A stretch of DNA of 64,000 nt, from positions 1 to 64,000 of the IMG/VR virus record IMGVR_UViG_3300046096_000411; one strand, given 5' to 3'. Both the position numbers and the translations under genes were made by a program. Shown piece after piece: positions 27,924-37,348 of the stretch; within the stretch, counting starts at the first letter, position 1; each line of letters begins with the position of its first letter. This DNA comes from a virus. The notes below the pieces were generated by a model. It was not told where the DNA came from. It was given only the letters and a program-made list of their open reading frames with translations, and did no database searches.

Positions 27924-27945
27924 TCGGGCAGTGTCGCGTCACGAC
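27924..27945 (-). promoter_or_regulatory. Late-promoter motif, leaderless (GTCGTGA cgcg ACACT gcccga ATG)
   Basis: TCACGAC at 27939-27945 directly after a terminator. Confidence 0.8.
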
Positions 27946-27972
27946 AAAAAAAACCCGGCGCGAGGCCGGGTT
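27946..27972 (-). terminator. Rho-independent terminator
   Basis: AACCCGGC stem / GCCGGGTT followed by T8 on minus strand. Confidence 0.85.
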
Positions 27973-28495
27973 AAAGGCTCCGGCCCAGGGAGGAAAGGCC
28001 GGCCACTTGCGTGGTGGTTGATGGTTGATACTCATGCCTTCCTTCGGAGCTGCTGCAGCAGCGATCCAGCCGACTTTTCTCGACCATCACATAGCCTCAC
28101 CGGACATCGCATTCCGGGCTTCGCGCTGCTGGGTTCGACCCATAAGGCTATGTGAGGGTGCCGTCTCTCCGGCTGTCAAGTACGTTTTGCTGGCCTGCGC
28201 CCTACTTTGACGCACTGTGTGTTCAACTTTCCCGGCCAGCCCGGTACAAACCAGCGTTTCGCTTTGCTGGAGCGTGATAGTCCTTGTACTTCGCACCATC
28301 AAGTGTGACGACTAAGATCGCCGGACTACTCGCGCACCGGCTACGCTATTCGATCAGTCATCACGCTTGATGGCTCCGGGCCCCGCCCCCGGAAGGTTGT
28401 CGCGGCTTTCACGCGCATCAGCCGGGAAACCCCAGCCTGCCGGTTACGCTATCCGGCACCATGGCAAGCAACTGAATTGCTTGCTGGTCGGCAAA
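27973..28495 (-). ncRNA. Putative structured non-coding RNA (about 520 nt)
   Basis: No convincing ORF; multiple long IRs (11-bp 28088/28145; 18-bp 28296/28356; 8-bp 28464); TATAGT at 28500-28505 upstream and terminator downstream; strand inferred. Confidence 0.5.
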
Positions 28496-28536
28496 GCAAA
28501 CTATACAACAAATTTACTGCGTTGTTACATCAACCA

Positions 28537-28573
28537 AGAAAAAATGGTGGCGTGCTACTAACACGCCACCATT
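28537..28573 (-). terminator. Rho-independent terminator
   Basis: Perfect 12-bp IR aatggtggcgtg / cacgccaccatt with T-run on minus strand. Confidence 0.8.
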
Positions 28574-28725
28574 CTCACCCACCATTCGACTACGGGTGAA
28601 CCCGCTGGCGGGAGCGTTCTCAGCGCATCTGCCTGGGACTGTTACCAGCCGAGGAACCCGGATGAGCGGGTCGAAAGTTCTCCCGGCGGCTTAGCCCCCG
28701 CCGGACCTGCCAGACTTCAGGTGTT

Positions 28726-28947
28726 CTAGGGCGTGCTATTAATTCCAAGTAGCATCAAAATAAGTGCCTCGTCGTCCTGCTGCCTGCGCTTGCGCGCCAG
28801 ATATGTGCTGTTGTTTCCGGTGCTTGTCGTTCCCGTTGGCGCCCAGTCGTAAACGGTCGCAGGCGGCAGAGGGTCTGGCGCGGCGAGCATCCGGCCAAAT
28901 GAATTGCCAAATGCCTTGCCGAATGACAGGCCCCATGCGGAAGCCAT
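28726..28947 (-). CDS. Small hypothetical virion-associated protein
   Basis: Abuts upstream stop; WG/FG repeats at N-terminus, RRQQDDEALILML C-terminus. Confidence 0.6.
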   Translation of the reverse strand: MASAWGLSFGKAFGNSFGRMLAAPDPLPPATVYDWAPTGTTSTGNNSTYLARKRRQQDDEALILMLLGINSTP

Positions 28948-29577
28948 TTAAGCACCCGGTCCCCAAGGGTCCGTGTCGCTACCCGTTCCACCCAGCTCCT
29001 GTCCTCTGACCTGCACCATGTTGACGGGCAGCGGTGCGGCCTGCAGCGCGGCAACCACAGCGGCAACGATCTGCACAAGGCCGGGATCGAGGCTCTCCGT
29101 TAGGCTGCGCTGTGCGGCACTCCACACCGCAGACGCGGTCTGTTCCGGCGTGAGCGCCGTGCCCGTGACCACGTTCTGATAGCTCACGGAGTTGTTCACC
29201 AGCGCCGACACAGTGGCTGGGTAGATTGGCTGACCATCAGCCGCCCAGTAAGCCGTCTCGAAGTCGTCCGAATAGAGCACGCCGGTCACGCGCACCTTGT
29301 TCATGTCGATGATCAGCTTCCAGCCATTCTGCAGGAAGTAGATCAAACCCGAGCGACCGCCAGGAATGGAGTCGTAGCCAGTGCGGCGCATGGCCAGCGT
29401 GTGGTAGTCGTTCCCGGGCAGCGCGGCCCAATCCACCCAGCGCGACCACACATCGGTCTGGAGATTGAGGGCGGTCACGTCGCTATTAACGGTGATTGTG
29501 CGCGCCAGGCCGTTGAAGGCGACCTTTTTGTTTTGCGCCCACTCAGCCCCCCATGCGCCCCAGACTAGAGCGGCCAT
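28948..29577 (-). CDS. Hypothetical structural protein
   Basis: 209 aa in tightly packed operon; TASAVWSAAQRSLT motif seen in phage fibre-associated proteins. Confidence 0.65.
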   Translation of the reverse strand: MAALVWGAWGAEWAQNKKVAFNGLARTITVNSDVTALNLQTDVWSRWVDWAALPGNDYHTLAMRRTGYDSIPGGRSGLIYFLQNGWKLIIDMNKVRVTGVLYSDDFETAYWAADGQPIYPATVSALVNNSVSYQNVVTGTALTPEQTASAVWSAAQRSLTESLDPGLVQIVAAVVAALQAAPLPVNMVQVRGQELGGTGSDTDPWGPGA

Positions 29578-29580
29578 CGA

Positions 29581-30942
29581 TTACCAAAGCTCCTTGTAGC
29601 CCAGATTCAAGCTGGCGCTTGTGGCACTCGCCGTCAGGCGCGTAACCAGCACCGACCACACCTCTGGCTGGCCGTTCGCGGCCGTCATGATGCCCTCGTC
29701 GTTCTTCTCGAAATACTGATCGAGGTCGAACGCATTAGCGCCAGCGCCGAAGTAGATCGTCTTGAACCGTTGCGCTGCCGACGTATCGACCGCTCCGGTG
29801 TAGTTGACCTCGCAGGCCGACGCCAAAGCGTCCCACGTGCCGCCAGTGACCGCCGTGTTCTGCCACAGCGTGACGGCCACCGGCTGGTCGCACCACGCGT
29901 TGAGCGTCTCAGGGTACACCACCACGCTGTTGTGCTTGCCGTTGTAGGTAGCCAGCGTGCGGATGCTGAAGGCGACGGTATCGGCGGTCACGCCGGTCAG
30001 CACGCGGTCCACGTCCGCGAAGCGCCAGAACGCGTAGTCCGCAAAGTCGCCCTCGGTGTAGACCGCCGAGCAAACGGACCGAAGCTCGCTCGAAGAACCA
30101 GTGGCGCCGGTGTTGATGTTTTCCAGAGCAACCGGCAGCGTCCCAGTCCGCATATACGGCAGAGTGTGGGCGCCAGCATTCTGGAATGTGTGGCACGTCA
30201 CGCGAGAGCCATCTGGCGCGAACACGCCAAAGCGCACGCGGCCAGCACCAAGCCACTGGTAGTCGATCCAGTAGACGTTGATCCCGGTCAGGTTCACGGC
30301 GTATCCACTCAGGCCTGTGCCATCAAGACGGTCGCCGCTCCACGCTGTGCTGGGGACGCGAGTCTCCACCACAGAGCCGCTGGTGCTGTTGCGGATCACG
30401 GCATTTAAGGTCGTGCCCTGCAGCTCGAAGAACACGCCATCGTTGTCATCGAAGCCGCCCCAACGGCGCGAGTTGCCAGCCTTTCCGGTGTCGCTCAGCG
30501 CGATTGTCTCCAAGAACAGGTTGGAGCTGCCTGGTTCGTAGTAGTGATAACGGTTGGTTGTCATCACCACGCGGCTGCCTGCCGCGCCATTGACGCTGAG
30601 CACTTGGCTCGACTCCGATGGCGTGTAGCTCGATGCGCCGCCGTTGGCCGTCACCGTCGAGAACAGCGCCTCGTAGGTGTCGAGGCTGCTCTCGTAAACA
30701 CCCAGCGCGCGGGCGGCGCTGACCTTCAGAGAGCCGAAGCCGGACAGCGTTGGCTGCCCTTCCGCAAAACGGACTGAGGCTGAACCCTGAACGTCGACCG
30801 CCAGCATATTGCCGGGCGTCTCCCGGTCGGCCAGATGGAGAACCTGGGCCTGAACGGTGTCGGCGCCGACGACATGCTGCTGCGAAAAAAGCTTCTTGCC
30901 GGTGCTGTCAGGGGGTACCTGAACGAATGAATCCGTGCCCAT
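29581..30942 (-). CDS. Beta-sandwich (lectin-like) structural protein
   Basis: YWIDYQWLGAGRVRFG...LPYMRTGTLP conserved phage motif. Confidence 0.65.
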   Translation of the reverse strand: MGTDSFVQVPPDSTGKKLFSQQHVVGADTVQAQVLHLADRETPGNMLAVDVQGSASVRFAEGQPTLSGFGSLKVSAARALGVYESSLDTYEALFSTVTANGGASSYTPSESSQVLSVNGAAGSRVVMTTNRYHYYEPGSSNLFLETIALSDTGKAGNSRRWGGFDDNDGVFFELQGTTLNAVIRNSTSGSVVETRVPSTAWSGDRLDGTGLSGYAVNLTGINVYWIDYQWLGAGRVRFGVFAPDGSRVTCHTFQNAGAHTLPYMRTGTLPVALENINTGATGSSSELRSVCSAVYTEGDFADYAFWRFADVDRVLTGVTADTVAFSIRTLATYNGKHNSVVVYPETLNAWCDQPVAVTLWQNTAVTGGTWDALASACEVNYTGAVDTSAAQRFKTIYFGAGANAFDLDQYFEKNDEGIMTAANGQPEVWSVLVTRLTASATSASLNLGYKELW

Positions 30943-30955
30943 CGGTTACTCCAAT

Positions 30956-32548
30956 TTAAGCCGCTGTGTAGGACGGGTCTGCCGTCGGACTGATGGCCAC
31001 ACCCATGTTAGCCGGTCCAAGCGTGAAGGCCGTATTCTCGGGCTCAATAAAGCCGGGACGGTTCCAAGTCAGGCGCAACGGGATCGGTGTGTTTGGTGGG
31101 TGGCCGCCGTTATTGTACGTTGAGTACGCGACAACAATATCCTGCGATGCAGCGATGGTGATGTCCTTCTGGTCGGTGCCAGCCTCGTTCTTCAGGTACA
31201 CCGGGGTTGCGGTGCCGAATGAGTCCTCGTGGATCAGCGAGAACGTGCCGCCGACAGCCAAAGAAGGAGCCGAAGGGGTCAACGTATAGATGGCGGGCCA
31301 TGCGCGATTATTGCCAGTGGAATCCACCAGCGTCAGGTTGTTACGCTGGCTGGCCTTGTAGTCCAGCAGGTACGCCTTGACGGTGAAAGCGTCACCGGAG
31401 AACACGGTGAGCGGCCACTGCTTGTCGCCGCGCTTGGTTGAGCCTGTGCCGTCGCTGTTGACGTTGGTCGGCTGGCGCCACAGGTAGTTGATCTTCTGGT
31501 GGACGGATTCGTTGGTCTGCAGGTCGCCGTCAACATAACCAGTGAAGTTGTACGGTGTGCCGTCCACGCTGCCGGAGTAGATGCTATCCACGTCCAGGTT
31601 GTAGGTGATGTTGGCAAATATACCGCCAGCAGCAATGGTTGCGTCCGCGACGATCAACTTGGGGTCGATTGCGTTGGCTGCTGAGATTGGGATAATCTCG
31701 GCGTAGTTCAACGCGTGCTGTTCCATGATGATGGTCTTGCCTTCGATAGCAAGACGCGTGTACCAGGTGCCGCGCTTATCAACTGGGGCGCCGCCGTTGT
31801 AGTCGTACAACAACACCAACTGGTTGGCGTAGCCGGTCATCACGAAGTTATTGGGCGCGGTCAGCTCGGAATCCGAGCTGGGCCAGTAAGTGATCTGGTC
31901 GGATGGCGCGTGCGCGTTGCTGGTGGAGCGCAGCAGGGCATAAATCTTGGTGGCCGCAGCGGTCTTGCTGGGGCGGAGTTCCAGCGCCGTATCGCGGATC
32001 GCGTTGGTTGTGCTGGCGTCGTGCGGCTCCCAGCCGTTGATCGAGGCAATCGACTTGGCGCGAGGCTCAATAGACGTGAAGGCAGGATCGTACTTATCCA
32101 GGTCGCTGGTGTCCCACAAGTCGACCATTTTGGATGCCAGGATAATACCCTGCACGCCATCAATGAAAGACAACCCGCCAGCCGCCAAGAACTGGTAGGT
32201 CTTCTTGATGGCCACGATGTTGATGTCGGCCCCGGCGGCTTCCGTTGCACCAGTGCCGCTGACGATGGTTGCCGTGATGCTGGTCGCGCTCGCGGCAGAC
32301 ACCGTCGCGGTCAATCCCTCGTTTGCAGCACTACCTGTGTTGCTGAGTTTGATCACGTCACCGATGGCAATGGCACGGTTCACTACGCCAGCAGTCTCGC
32401 TGGAGCCCGTGAAGTTGGCAGCCGTGGTGCCAAGCGTCAGGGTTGCGCCCGACTTGGTGATCGAAATATCAGTGCCGCTTTTGTCGGCGATATGAAATTT
32501 AAGGTTGGTGCCAAGCGTTAGCCCAGCTTTGGTGGTGATTTTTGCCAT
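30956..32548 (-). CDS. Ala/Thr/Gly-rich structural protein
   Basis: 530 aa beta-rich; AGGAG SD; ends PTADPSY. Confidence 0.65.
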   Translation of the reverse strand: MAKITTKAGLTLGTNLKFHIADKSGTDISITKSGATLTLGTTAANFTGSSETAGVVNRAIAIGDVIKLSNTGSAANEGLTATVSAASATSITATIVSGTGATEAAGADINIVAIKKTYQFLAAGGLSFIDGVQGIILASKMVDLWDTSDLDKYDPAFTSIEPRAKSIASINGWEPHDASTTNAIRDTALELRPSKTAAATKIYALLRSTSNAHAPSDQITYWPSSDSELTAPNNFVMTGYANQLVLLYDYNGGAPVDKRGTWYTRLAIEGKTIIMEQHALNYAEIIPISAANAIDPKLIVADATIAAGGIFANITYNLDVDSIYSGSVDGTPYNFTGYVDGDLQTNESVHQKINYLWRQPTNVNSDGTGSTKRGDKQWPLTVFSGDAFTVKAYLLDYKASQRNNLTLVDSTGNNRAWPAIYTLTPSAPSLAVGGTFSLIHEDSFGTATPVYLKNEAGTDQKDITIAASQDIVVAYSTYNNGGHPPNTPIPLRLTWNRPGFIEPENTAFTLGPANMGVAISPTADPSYTAA

Positions 32549-32560
32549 GATGGGCTCCTA

Positions 32561-34096
32561 TCAGGTTGCAGAATACGAAGGGTCCGGCGCCGATGTTACT
32601 GGCAGCTCTTGGTTGTTTGCGTTTAACGTGACGACAATGTCCTCGAACACGGTCCCGGGCAGCGTGAACTGTACCGTCACGGGCTTGTCATCGGGCGTGT
32701 AGCTGTAAATGTATGTTCCGGTGGTGACGTTGCCGTCGACCGCCAAGGTCTTGCTGCCGCGGCGCACGCGCACCTCGGTACCGACCGGTAGACCTGTAAA
32801 AGTCTTGGTGGCTGAGCTGACAACAACGACCGTCGCGCCAGCCGTGCGGTAGGTTGGCGTACTGCCGCCGCTGATGTTGATAGTGACTGTACCGCTGGCG
32901 ATGTTGACGAAAACCGCCTCATTGCCCGTGCTTCCGTTGGCGCCCGCGTAGCCTGTAAAGCCTACGTTTGTGAGCGTCAGGCTGGCCGCCGTCCCAGTGA
33001 TCTCGATTGCGTACCCGGTTCCGTCGCTGACGAACTGGGTGTTGGTCACGAGCGCGCACTGGGCTGGGGTTCCGGTGACGGCGGTGGACCCGGTCGGGCG
33101 GTCGAATGTGCAGCCGTCATAGGTCGCGCCGCCCAGCGTCACGATCCCGCAGCGGCGGAAGGTGGTGTCGATCAGAAAGCTGTTGCTCAGGAAAGCGAAG
33201 GTATCCATGCCGGTGAACGAGCAGGCGTCAATGTTGACGGATGCGTTGTCCACGACTTGCAGGCGGCCCTTGGAAACGGAGCCCAGGGCGAGAAACGAAA
33301 TGCCGGTCCAATCCACGCGGCTCGAAGCATTACGAATTTCGACCCGGTTGAAGTTGGCTGAAACCTTGGTGGTGTTGTCGATCAGGATTTGCGTGTTGCT
33401 ATCCCGGAAGTCCACCGCGCTGGTGTAGCCGAGCACCATCAGGCCCTTGAACTGGTACCCGCCGGGCACCGCTTCAATCAGGCCCCACCGGTTGCTTACG
33501 CTATCGTTTTGAGTCGCGTAGCCAGCGAAGGTGGCGTAGCCGTTGGCTAGGTCGCCGCCGTTGAAGCGGGACTCGCAGCGGCCATATCGCAGCGCGCCGG
33601 CGGCGAACGGGTTGCCCTTGGTCACAGGGTTGGCGTTGTTGGCGGCCCAGCCGAACGTCAGCAGCGTGGCGGTTGGAGCGCCCACGGTGTAGTCGGCCGT
33701 CAGGCTAGGGTCCACGGCCAGGTTCTGCCAGAGCTTGCCGGTGTGCACATCGGAGCCGCCAAGGTTCCATGCCTTGAATGCGGCAGTGCTGGAGCCAACG
33801 ATCAGGCGAATGCCGCCGTTGGCACCAGTGGCCAGCGCGTTCTGGCAGCTGAAATACTGCCACGCCAGAAACGCGCCATCGGTCGGGACAGTCACACCTG
33901 CACCAGCGGTGTAAACCAGTCCGCCCAAGCCGGTGGCGTTGTACGTCTTGGAAATGCAGCTGGTGCCGTTGATAAAGTAGTCGGTCTCGACCGATGGCGT
34001 CTGGCCAGCGGTCCACGTGCCCGGCTCTGTCCAACCCGTCGTGGCTTGCGCCGTGGACAGGGTGGACAGGTCGGTGGTGTAGCTGGCTGCCGCCAT
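32561..34096 (-). CDS. Beta-helix-containing fibre/spike-like protein
   Basis: DACSF/DTTF/DGCTF/NTQF beta-helix rungs; C-terminal Ig/transthyretin-like module ending APDPSY. Confidence 0.65.
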   Translation of the reverse strand: MAAASYTTDLSTLSTAQATTGWTEPGTWTAGQTPSVETDYFINGTSCISKTYNATGLGGLVYTAGAGVTVPTDGAFLAWQYFSCQNALATGANGGIRLIVGSSTAAFKAWNLGGSDVHTGKLWQNLAVDPSLTADYTVGAPTATLLTFGWAANNANPVTKGNPFAAGALRYGRCESRFNGGDLANGYATFAGYATQNDSVSNRWGLIEAVPGGYQFKGLMVLGYTSAVDFRDSNTQILIDNTTKVSANFNRVEIRNASSRVDWTGISFLALGSVSKGRLQVVDNASVNIDACSFTGMDTFAFLSNSFLIDTTFRRCGIVTLGGATYDGCTFDRPTGSTAVTGTPAQCALVTNTQFVSDGTGYAIEITGTAASLTLTNVGFTGYAGANGSTGNEAVFVNIASGTVTINISGGSTPTYRTAGATVVVVSSATKTFTGLPVGTEVRVRRGSKTLAVDGNVTTGTYIYSYTPDDKPVTVQFTLPGTVFEDIVVTLNANNQELPVTSAPDPSYSAT

Positions 34097-37000
34097 TAAG
34101 CGGTCACCTCGGCGGCGCGCTCAGGAGCGATCAGGCCGACCTGTGCGAAGTAGGCCACCGAGTCAACGGTGAGCTGCTCCTGCAAGTTGATGTACCGGAG
34201 CACGTCGATGCGGGCCATGATGTCCTTGACCACCTGGTCGGTGCTGGCGCGGATCGCCACCAGCTCGGCCACGGTGAAGCGCGACAGGAACGCCACGCGG
34301 GTGGGAAGACTGCTCTTAAATTGGTCCAACCCGTAGTCCCACACGTTGAAGTTGAGGTCGGGTACCTGCCCGCTCATCTGGGCAATGGAATAGCCCTCGG
34401 GCCACTCGATATCGGTGGGGTCATCGGTGGTGACGCCGATCAGCTTCTCGCCGTTGCGGGTGATGACATACCACTGCTTGTTGGGGTCGTAGGCGTCGTG
34501 CATCTGGTTCGACAGGCGGGCGTCAATCGCCGCGAAGTCGTCCAGCAGACGGGCCTGCACGGCGGCGGCAATATCGGCGGAGTCGCCAGTTTCTGCCACG
34601 GTTTCAGCCTGCACGGCCTCGTGCTGGTGCACTGGAATCAGGATGCTGCGGGCGTAAGGCACGGTCAGCGTTTCGGTGTGGTAGCCCGCCTTGGTGATGG
34701 TGACCACGCAATCCCGCGCGGCCCGGTCTGGGTAGCTGATGGATGCCGTGGCGGTCACGCTGGAGCCCGAGAACACGGTGTCGCCGTCCAGCGCCACGGC
34801 GATGTGGCTGCCGAACTGCAGGCCGGTAAGCATGAGTGATGCATGTGGCACATCCAGCGGGTACAGCGCGGCATTCTGGGCGACCAGAGTTGTGGAGCCG
34901 TCGATGCGAACGCTGGTGAGCTGGTTGCTGTAGTTGCTGGCCGTGCAGGTGATGCGCAGGCGTAGGCGGAAGCCGGTTGGGGTGACTTGCTCGGCTGCCA
35001 GTCGCGCCGTGGTCAGCACCTGGTAGGCGCCAGTGAAGCCAGCGCCACGGTCAATGTCGTACTCGACGGTGTGTAGCGCGGTGTTGCTGCCAGACACGGC
35101 AAAGCCGGTCAGTCCGGTCCAGCCAAGCATGGGCGCGGGCATTTCCCACACGGCGGCGTCGCCCTGGGCCATGACGATGCCGCCTGAGCCCGTGAATTGC
35201 GGGTTGCCGGCCTGCAGGGTGTACGTGCCGTCGCTGGCCATTGGCTCGGTGAAGGCGACGACCAGGCGCGCCGTGGTATCGCCGGTGAATGCGTCCCAGA
35301 ATGGCGTGCCATAGGTGCCGGTGTAGTTGGTGGGCACAGAGCCGCCGTTGTGGCGGTTGCCGCGACTGATAGCCCGGCACTGGGTTGGCGCCTGGGTCTT
35401 GCTGGCGTCGGCGGTGTAGCAGTTTTCCTGCTTATGGCCGGTTGACGAGCTGTTGGGCAGCACAAGGCCAGAGCGCAGCGCGGTGAGCCAGGAGCGGCGC
35501 AGCCATGCGTCAATGTTGTTGCCGCCGTCGCTGAAGAACTGGCCCATCACGTTCACGGTGCCGGCGTTGTACGGGGTGGCACCGGAGCCGACGTGCCCAG
35601 CAATCAGGTTGCGGGTGGTGCTGGCGTACACCAGTCCGCTGTACGGGTGGACGTTGGCTACGCCGGGCCAATTGCGGAAGTCCAGCACCTCGCAATCGGT
35701 GGCACCAAGCACCTCGACGGCATGGGAGGCTGACGTGGTGAGCGTGGTGCCGCGAACGTTGTCGGCGTAGGTGTGGCGCTTGATGCGAACCTTGGAGCCG
35801 TTGTTCACCAGTACGCGCTTGCCGACTGTCTCAGCCGCTTCGACCGTCACGTGCTCGCAGGCGTTGAAGAACGCAGAGCCCGCAACAGAGGTGCAGTCGC
35901 TGGCGAAGGCGCCACGCAGGCTGTCGAACGTCCACGCGCCGCCAAGGTTGCTGAAATACAGGGAGTAGTGGCTGGGCCCGGTGCACTCGGCGCGAACGCC
36001 GCCAATCCGCCCCACGATGCCACCGGCAACGCACTGCGTGATGCTGATCGGGCTAACTGCCGCAAAGCTGTTCTTGGTGGACAAGCCCACAAACAGGCCG
36101 TCAATCTCGGGGCGCGTCGCGCAGCGGCTCATGGCGAACTGGTCGCAGGTGTGCAGGTCTTTGATGGCAACGCTGTGCGGCTGGGCCAGCGTCCAGTACC
36201 ACGCCCCAGTGCTGCCGCCGTGGCGCAAATTGCCGCCGAAGGCGAACGAGGTCTTGTAACGGCTTGACAGCGAATCGTTGGGGTCGCTGTTCACGGCCTT
36301 GTTGCCGCCACAGCTCTGCAGGATCAGGTTAGGCACGCGCACCAAGCAGCCAGTAGCAGGCAGATCGCCCGCATTTTGGTTGTCCGTGCCGCGCCCCAGC
36401 GTCACCAGGCCTGTGGCGCTGATATGCACGTAGCGGCTGCGGCTGTCGTCGGAGATGAGTGTGCTCTTGAACTTGGTGCCAACGTTGGCCCAGAAGGCGT
36501 ACACGCCCGAGCCTGGGGCGGTCTCAATCTCAACGCCTGGGTAGTGGGTGGCGCCGTCGGCGCTGAAGTGTGGGAGCTGGATGGTCTGCCCGCGTGCACC
36601 ACTGGTGACGCCAGCCGCAAACCAAATAGCCGCGCCGTTGTTGACGTTGAGCAGCCCGCGGCGGCCCATCACGATGGACTTGCCCTCGGCGCCAACGACA
36701 ACCATCCAGCCGGTCTCGTCCGGGTCTGTGGCTGTGGCATTGATGCCGGTCAGGGCGCCAGCGGCGAAACCCGTGCCGCGCACCTTGAGCCAGCCGGAAT
36801 TGGGCATGTTGCCGGTGTGAACATCGCCACCGGTCTTATTGGCCATCACGCACAGCAGCTCAGCCGTTGCCGCGCCCTGCGTGATGACGGAGCCAGCATC
36901 GGGCACACGCCCGGAGCCAGCAGAAAATGGGATCAAGCGCACCGCGCTGGAATCAATGAAAAGCTCGCCACCCAAGGTGCCGGAGCCTGTGATGTGCCCG

Positions 37001-37149
37001 AGTGGGCCACCTGTTGCCGATTGGTTCGGGCCGTAGCGGCTGTCGCAATCAATCGTGAGTTTTCCGCCGTTGACGCTGTAGCTGTCTGCGCCAGACTTAC
37101 CCGCGAGTTCGGTGATGCGCTGCGCGCTCGTGACCGTGAAGTTAGCCAT
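34096..37149 (-). CDS. Large beta-helix fibre/spike-like protein with C-terminal assembly-chaperone-like domain
   Basis: About 1017 aa Gly/Thr/Ser-rich; C-terminus FLSRFTVAELVAI...GLIAPERAAEV resembles fibre-assembly proteins. Confidence 0.65.
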   Translation of the reverse strand: MANFTVTSAQRITELAGKSGADSYSVNGGKLTIDCDSRYGPNQSATGGPLGHITGSGTLGGELFIDSSAVRLIPFSAGSGRVPDAGSVITQGAATAELLCVMANKTGGDVHTGNMPNSGWLKVRGTGFAAGALTGINATATDPDETGWMVVVGAEGKSIVMGRRGLLNVNNGAAIWFAAGVTSGARGQTIQLPHFSADGATHYPGVEIETAPGSGVYAFWANVGTKFKSTLISDDSRSRYVHISATGLVTLGRGTDNQNAGDLPATGCLVRVPNLILQSCGGNKAVNSDPNDSLSSRYKTSFAFGGNLRHGGSTGAWYWTLAQPHSVAIKDLHTCDQFAMSRCATRPEIDGLFVGLSTKNSFAAVSPISITQCVAGGIVGRIGGVRAECTGPSHYSLYFSNLGGAWTFDSLRGAFASDCTSVAGSAFFNACEHVTVEAAETVGKRVLVNNGSKVRIKRHTYADNVRGTTLTTSASHAVEVLGATDCEVLDFRNWPGVANVHPYSGLVYASTTRNLIAGHVGSGATPYNAGTVNVMGQFFSDGGNNIDAWLRRSWLTALRSGLVLPNSSSTGHKQENCYTADASKTQAPTQCRAISRGNRHNGGSVPTNYTGTYGTPFWDAFTGDTTARLVVAFTEPMASDGTYTLQAGNPQFTGSGGIVMAQGDAAVWEMPAPMLGWTGLTGFAVSGSNTALHTVEYDIDRGAGFTGAYQVLTTARLAAEQVTPTGFRLRLRITCTASNYSNQLTSVRIDGSTTLVAQNAALYPLDVPHASLMLTGLQFGSHIAVALDGDTVFSGSSVTATASISYPDRAARDCVVTITKAGYHTETLTVPYARSILIPVHQHEAVQAETVAETGDSADIAAAVQARLLDDFAAIDARLSNQMHDAYDPNKQWYVITRNGEKLIGVTTDDPTDIEWPEGYSIAQMSGQVPDLNFNVWDYGLDQFKSSLPTRVAFLSRFTVAELVAIRASTDQVVKDIMARIDVLRYINLQEQLTVDSVAYFAQVGLIAPERAAEVTA

Positions 37150-37331
37150 CATTCGACCCATTTATTAAGGGGGCACCGAGTTTGCGGCAGCCAAGTTTTA
37201 GTAAGAATCGGGCAGGAGCAATTCCACAGCTTGCACCCCTCTACCCCCAAACCCAGCGGAATGCGCTGGTCGCAAGACTTGCACGTAGCAAGTCGTTGCA
37301 AGCGGACAGTGGAGATACGAACCGGGTTCAT
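37149..37331 (-). CDS. Small Cys-rich protein (RLxxCxxC...CxC...CPxxKW)
   Basis: 60 aa, six Cys; stop overlaps next start. Confidence 0.7.
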   Translation of the reverse strand: MNPVRISTVRLQRLATCKSCDQRIPLGLGVEGCKLWNCSCPILTKTWLPQTRCPLNKWVE

Positions 37332-37348
37332 GCCCCTGCCCTTATGGC

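Noticed and set aside
28655-28685. Hammerhead-like GATGAG...CGAAA
   Set aside because: Core reads CGGATGA rather than CTGATGA and I found no stem III/NUH partner
27946-28725. tRNA genes or CRISPR array in the non-coding gap
   Set aside because: No cloverleaf with T-loop and acceptor stem recognised; no regularly spaced direct repeats
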